IMG/VR virus record: IMGVR_UViG_2585427765_000017 | Length of the DNA: 36,151 nt | Strand: one strand, 5' to 3' | Origin: a virus | Lineage: Duplodnaviria; Heunggongvirae; Uroviricota; Caudoviricetes | Part shown: piece by piece, positions 34,103 to 36,151 of the stretch | How the letters are laid out: every line of letters begins with the position of its first letter | How positions within the stretch are numbered: the stretch's first letter is position 1 | Translations under genes and position numbers: made by a program | Notes under the pieces: generated by a model | What the model was told of the DNA's origin: nothing | The model's input: only the letters and a program-made list of their open reading frames with translations | Databases searched by the model: none

Positions 34103-35178
34103 ACGGCAATGTCACGCTACGGGTAAATGGCCGGGAGTGGAATGGCTGGACATCGGTGCGCATCGGTGCCGGTATTGAACGGCTGGCACGGGATTTCAGT
34201 GTGGAGATCCCCCGCCAGTGGCCGGGGGGGGAGGGTATCACCACGCTTCAGCCGCGCATTAAAAACGGTTCAAAAGTGGAGGTGCTGATTGGTGATGAAC
34301 TGGTGATCACCGGCTGGGTGGAGGCGACCCCCGTTCGTTACGATGCCCGTTCGGTCAGCACCGGTATTGCCGGACGTAGTCTGACTGCTGACCTGATTGA
34401 CTGTGCAGCCGAACCGACACAGTTTAACGGACGATCGCTGGTACAGATTGCGCAGGCGCTTGCTGCGCCCTTCGGCATTGAGGTGGTGAACAGCGGTGCG
34501 CCGTCGGGTGTTATTCCTGACGTCCAGCCCGATCATGGTGAAACGGTGATTGAGGTAATCAACAAAATACTCGGTCAGCAGCAGGCACTGGCTTACGACG
34601 ACCCGCACGGCAGGCTGGTGATTGGCGGTATTGGCTCAACGCGGGCGCATACTGCGCTGGTGCTCGGGGAAAACATCCTTTCCTGCGATACGGAGAAGAG
34701 TATCCGGGAGCGGTTTTCTGTTTACCAGGTGGCGGGGCAGCGTGCCGGAAACGACGATGATTTCGGTGAGGCCACCACCACCGCGCTGAGGGCCCGCACA
34801 GAGGACGCATTTATTGCCCGTTACCGTCCGATGTATATCAGGCAGACAGGGCAGGCTACGGGGGCAGGTTGTATTGCCCGTGCTGACTTTGAAGCCCGAC
34901 AACGGGCGGCGCGGACGGATGAAACCACCTATGTGGTGCAGGGCTGGCGACAGGGTAACGGTACGCTGTGGCAGCCCAACCAGCGGGTGATTGTCTTTGA
35001 TCCGGTCTGTGGTTTCGACAATACCGAACTGCTTGTCTCGGAAGTCACGTTTACTCAGGACCAGAACGGCACCCTGACGGAAATCCGTGTCGGCCCGCCT
35101 GATGCTTATCTGCCTGAACCCGAGGCTCCCGGCGCGCGGAAAAAGAAAAAAGCCAGAGTACAGGAGGACCCGTTCTGA
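34099..35178 (+). CDS. Mu gpP-like tail protein (baseplate hub / late control D family)
   Basis: 359 aa following the gpN-like gene with overlapping stop/start; conserved Mu-like order N-P-gp45-gp46. Confidence 0.7.
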   Translation: MNGNVTLRVNGREWNGWTSVRIGAGIERLARDFSVEIPRQWPGGEGITTLQPRIKNGSKVEVLIGDELVITGWVEATPVRYDARSVSTGIAGRSLTADLIDCAAEPTQFNGRSLVQIAQALAAPFGIEVVNSGAPSGVIPDVQPDHGETVIEVINKILGQQQALAYDDPHGRLVIGGIGSTRAHTALVLGENILSCDTEKSIRERFSVYQVAGQRAGNDDDFGEATTTALRARTEDAFIARYRPMYIRQTGQATGAGCIARADFEARQRAARTDETTYVVQGWRQGNGTLWQPNQRVIVFDPVCGFDNTELLVSEVTFTQDQNGTLTEIRVGPPDAYLPEPEAPGARKKKKARVQEDPF

Positions 35179-35726
35179 TGAGGACGATTGAAACCATACA
35201 GCGACAACTCCTCGGCCTGATTGGGCGGGCCGTGGTGAAAAGCATCAGTGCCGCCACGAAATGTCAGACCGTGGATGTGTCCCTGATTGCAGGTGAACCC
35301 AAAGCCGGGGTTGAACATCTTGAACCCTACGGTTTTACCGCAAGCGCAAACAGCGGTGCGGAAGCGGTGGTGTTGTTTCCGGATGGCGACCGTTCTCATG
35401 CGGTGGTTGTTACGGTGTCGGATCGGCGCTACCGCCTGAAAGGGCTGAAGACGGGTGAGGTGGCTGTCTATGACGATCAGGGGCAGTCCGTGACGCTGAC
35501 CCGGGAGGGGATCGTGGTGGACGGTGCAGGGAAAACGATCACGTTTCGCAATGCACCTAAAGCACGTTTTGAAATGGACCTGGAAGTGACAGGACAGGTG
35601 AAAGACCTGTGCGACTCCAGCGGCACCACCATGTCAGCGATGAGGCTTGCCTATAACGGGCATCGTCACAGAGAGAACGGTCAGGGCAGTAACACCGACA
35701 AACCTGATAAAGCGATGGAGGCATGA
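35178..35726 (+). CDS. Baseplate assembly protein V / spike (Mu gp45-like)
   Basis: 182 aa; GEPKAGVEHLEPYGFTASANSGAEAVVLFPDGDRSHAVVV resembles the OB-fold N-terminus of gpV-type spike proteins. Confidence 0.65.
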   Translation: MRTIETIQRQLLGLIGRAVVKSISAATKCQTVDVSLIAGEPKAGVEHLEPYGFTASANSGAEAVVLFPDGDRSHAVVVTVSDRRYRLKGLKTGEVAVYDDQGQSVTLTREGIVVDGAGKTITFRNAPKARFEMDLEVTGQVKDLCDSSGTTMSAMRLAYNGHRHRENGQGSNTDKPDKAMEA

Positions 35727-36151
35727 TGGAACTGTGGCTGACGGTGAACGGCAAACGCACCAGCGCCAGCGCACCGCTGGACCCGCTGACCCGCGCCGTG
35801 GTGATTTCCCTGTTCACCTGGCGGCGGGCGGAACCTGATGACAACGCCGACGTCCCGATGGGATGGTGGGGGGATACCTGGCCTGCGGTACAGAATGACC
35901 GTTACGGCTCCCGACTGTGGCTGCTTCAGCGCAGCAAACTGACCAATCAGCTGGTGCAGACGGTAAGGGGGTATATCCGCGAATGCCTGCAATGGATGAT
36001 TGATGACGGCGTGGTGTCCCGTATTGATCTGGATATCCGCCGCACCGGGATTAATGAACTGGGTAACAGTATCACTCTCTGGCGACGTGACGGACCGGTA
36101 ATGATTTCTTTTGATAATCTGTGGAGTGCGATAACGCATGGCGGACAGTGA
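35723..36151 (+). CDS. Mu gp46-like baseplate protein
   Basis: 142 aa directly after the gp45-like gene; stop codon at the last three bases of the window. Confidence 0.6.
   Translation: MMELWLTVNGKRTSASAPLDPLTRAVVISLFTWRRAEPDDNADVPMGWWGDTWPAVQNDRYGSRLWLLQRSKLTNQLVQTVRGYIRECLQWMIDDGVVSRIDLDIRRTGINELGNSITLWRRDGPVMISFDNLWSAITHGGQ

Overview
The window is almost entirely one lambdoid-regulated prophage with an HK97-like head and a Mu-like contractile tail (SfV-style mosaic). It starts at the integrase, whose stop codon is at window position 1-3, so attL lies outside, and it ends inside the baseplate genes. Order: int-xis-exonuclease and a Qin-like dicB operon on the minus strand (ydfA/B/C, DicF-like sRNA candidate, dicB, ydfD); a divergent immunity region (CI-like repressor, Cro/YdaS-like, YdaT-like) with repeated operator-promoter sequences; a replication gene carrying GTCACG iterons; a nin-like region with hok/mok, DUF968 protein, RusA and a Q antiterminator with a tR'-like terminator; a DNA methyltransferase; three tRNAs (Ile-CAU, Arg-UCG, Arg-UCU); a TerB-like gene where Stx phages carry stx; lysis genes; HNH-terS-terL-portal-protease-capsid; then sheath, tube, frameshifted chaperone, tape measure and baseplate genes. 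The most unusual element is a strongly AT-rich island (about 9.95-13.1 kb) carrying a second Q-like gene and a translationally coupled two-gene operon: an NdpA/YejK-like (NA37) protein plus a protein with three C-terminal transmembrane helices. I do not recognise this pair as a named system and flag it as a candidate defence or abortive-infection module. All protein assignments are from reading the translations and from remembered family motifs; no searches were run. Hand-derived coordinates (RNAs, operators, terminators, sub-threshold ORFs) may be off by 1-2 nt; CDS ends follow the supplied ORF track.
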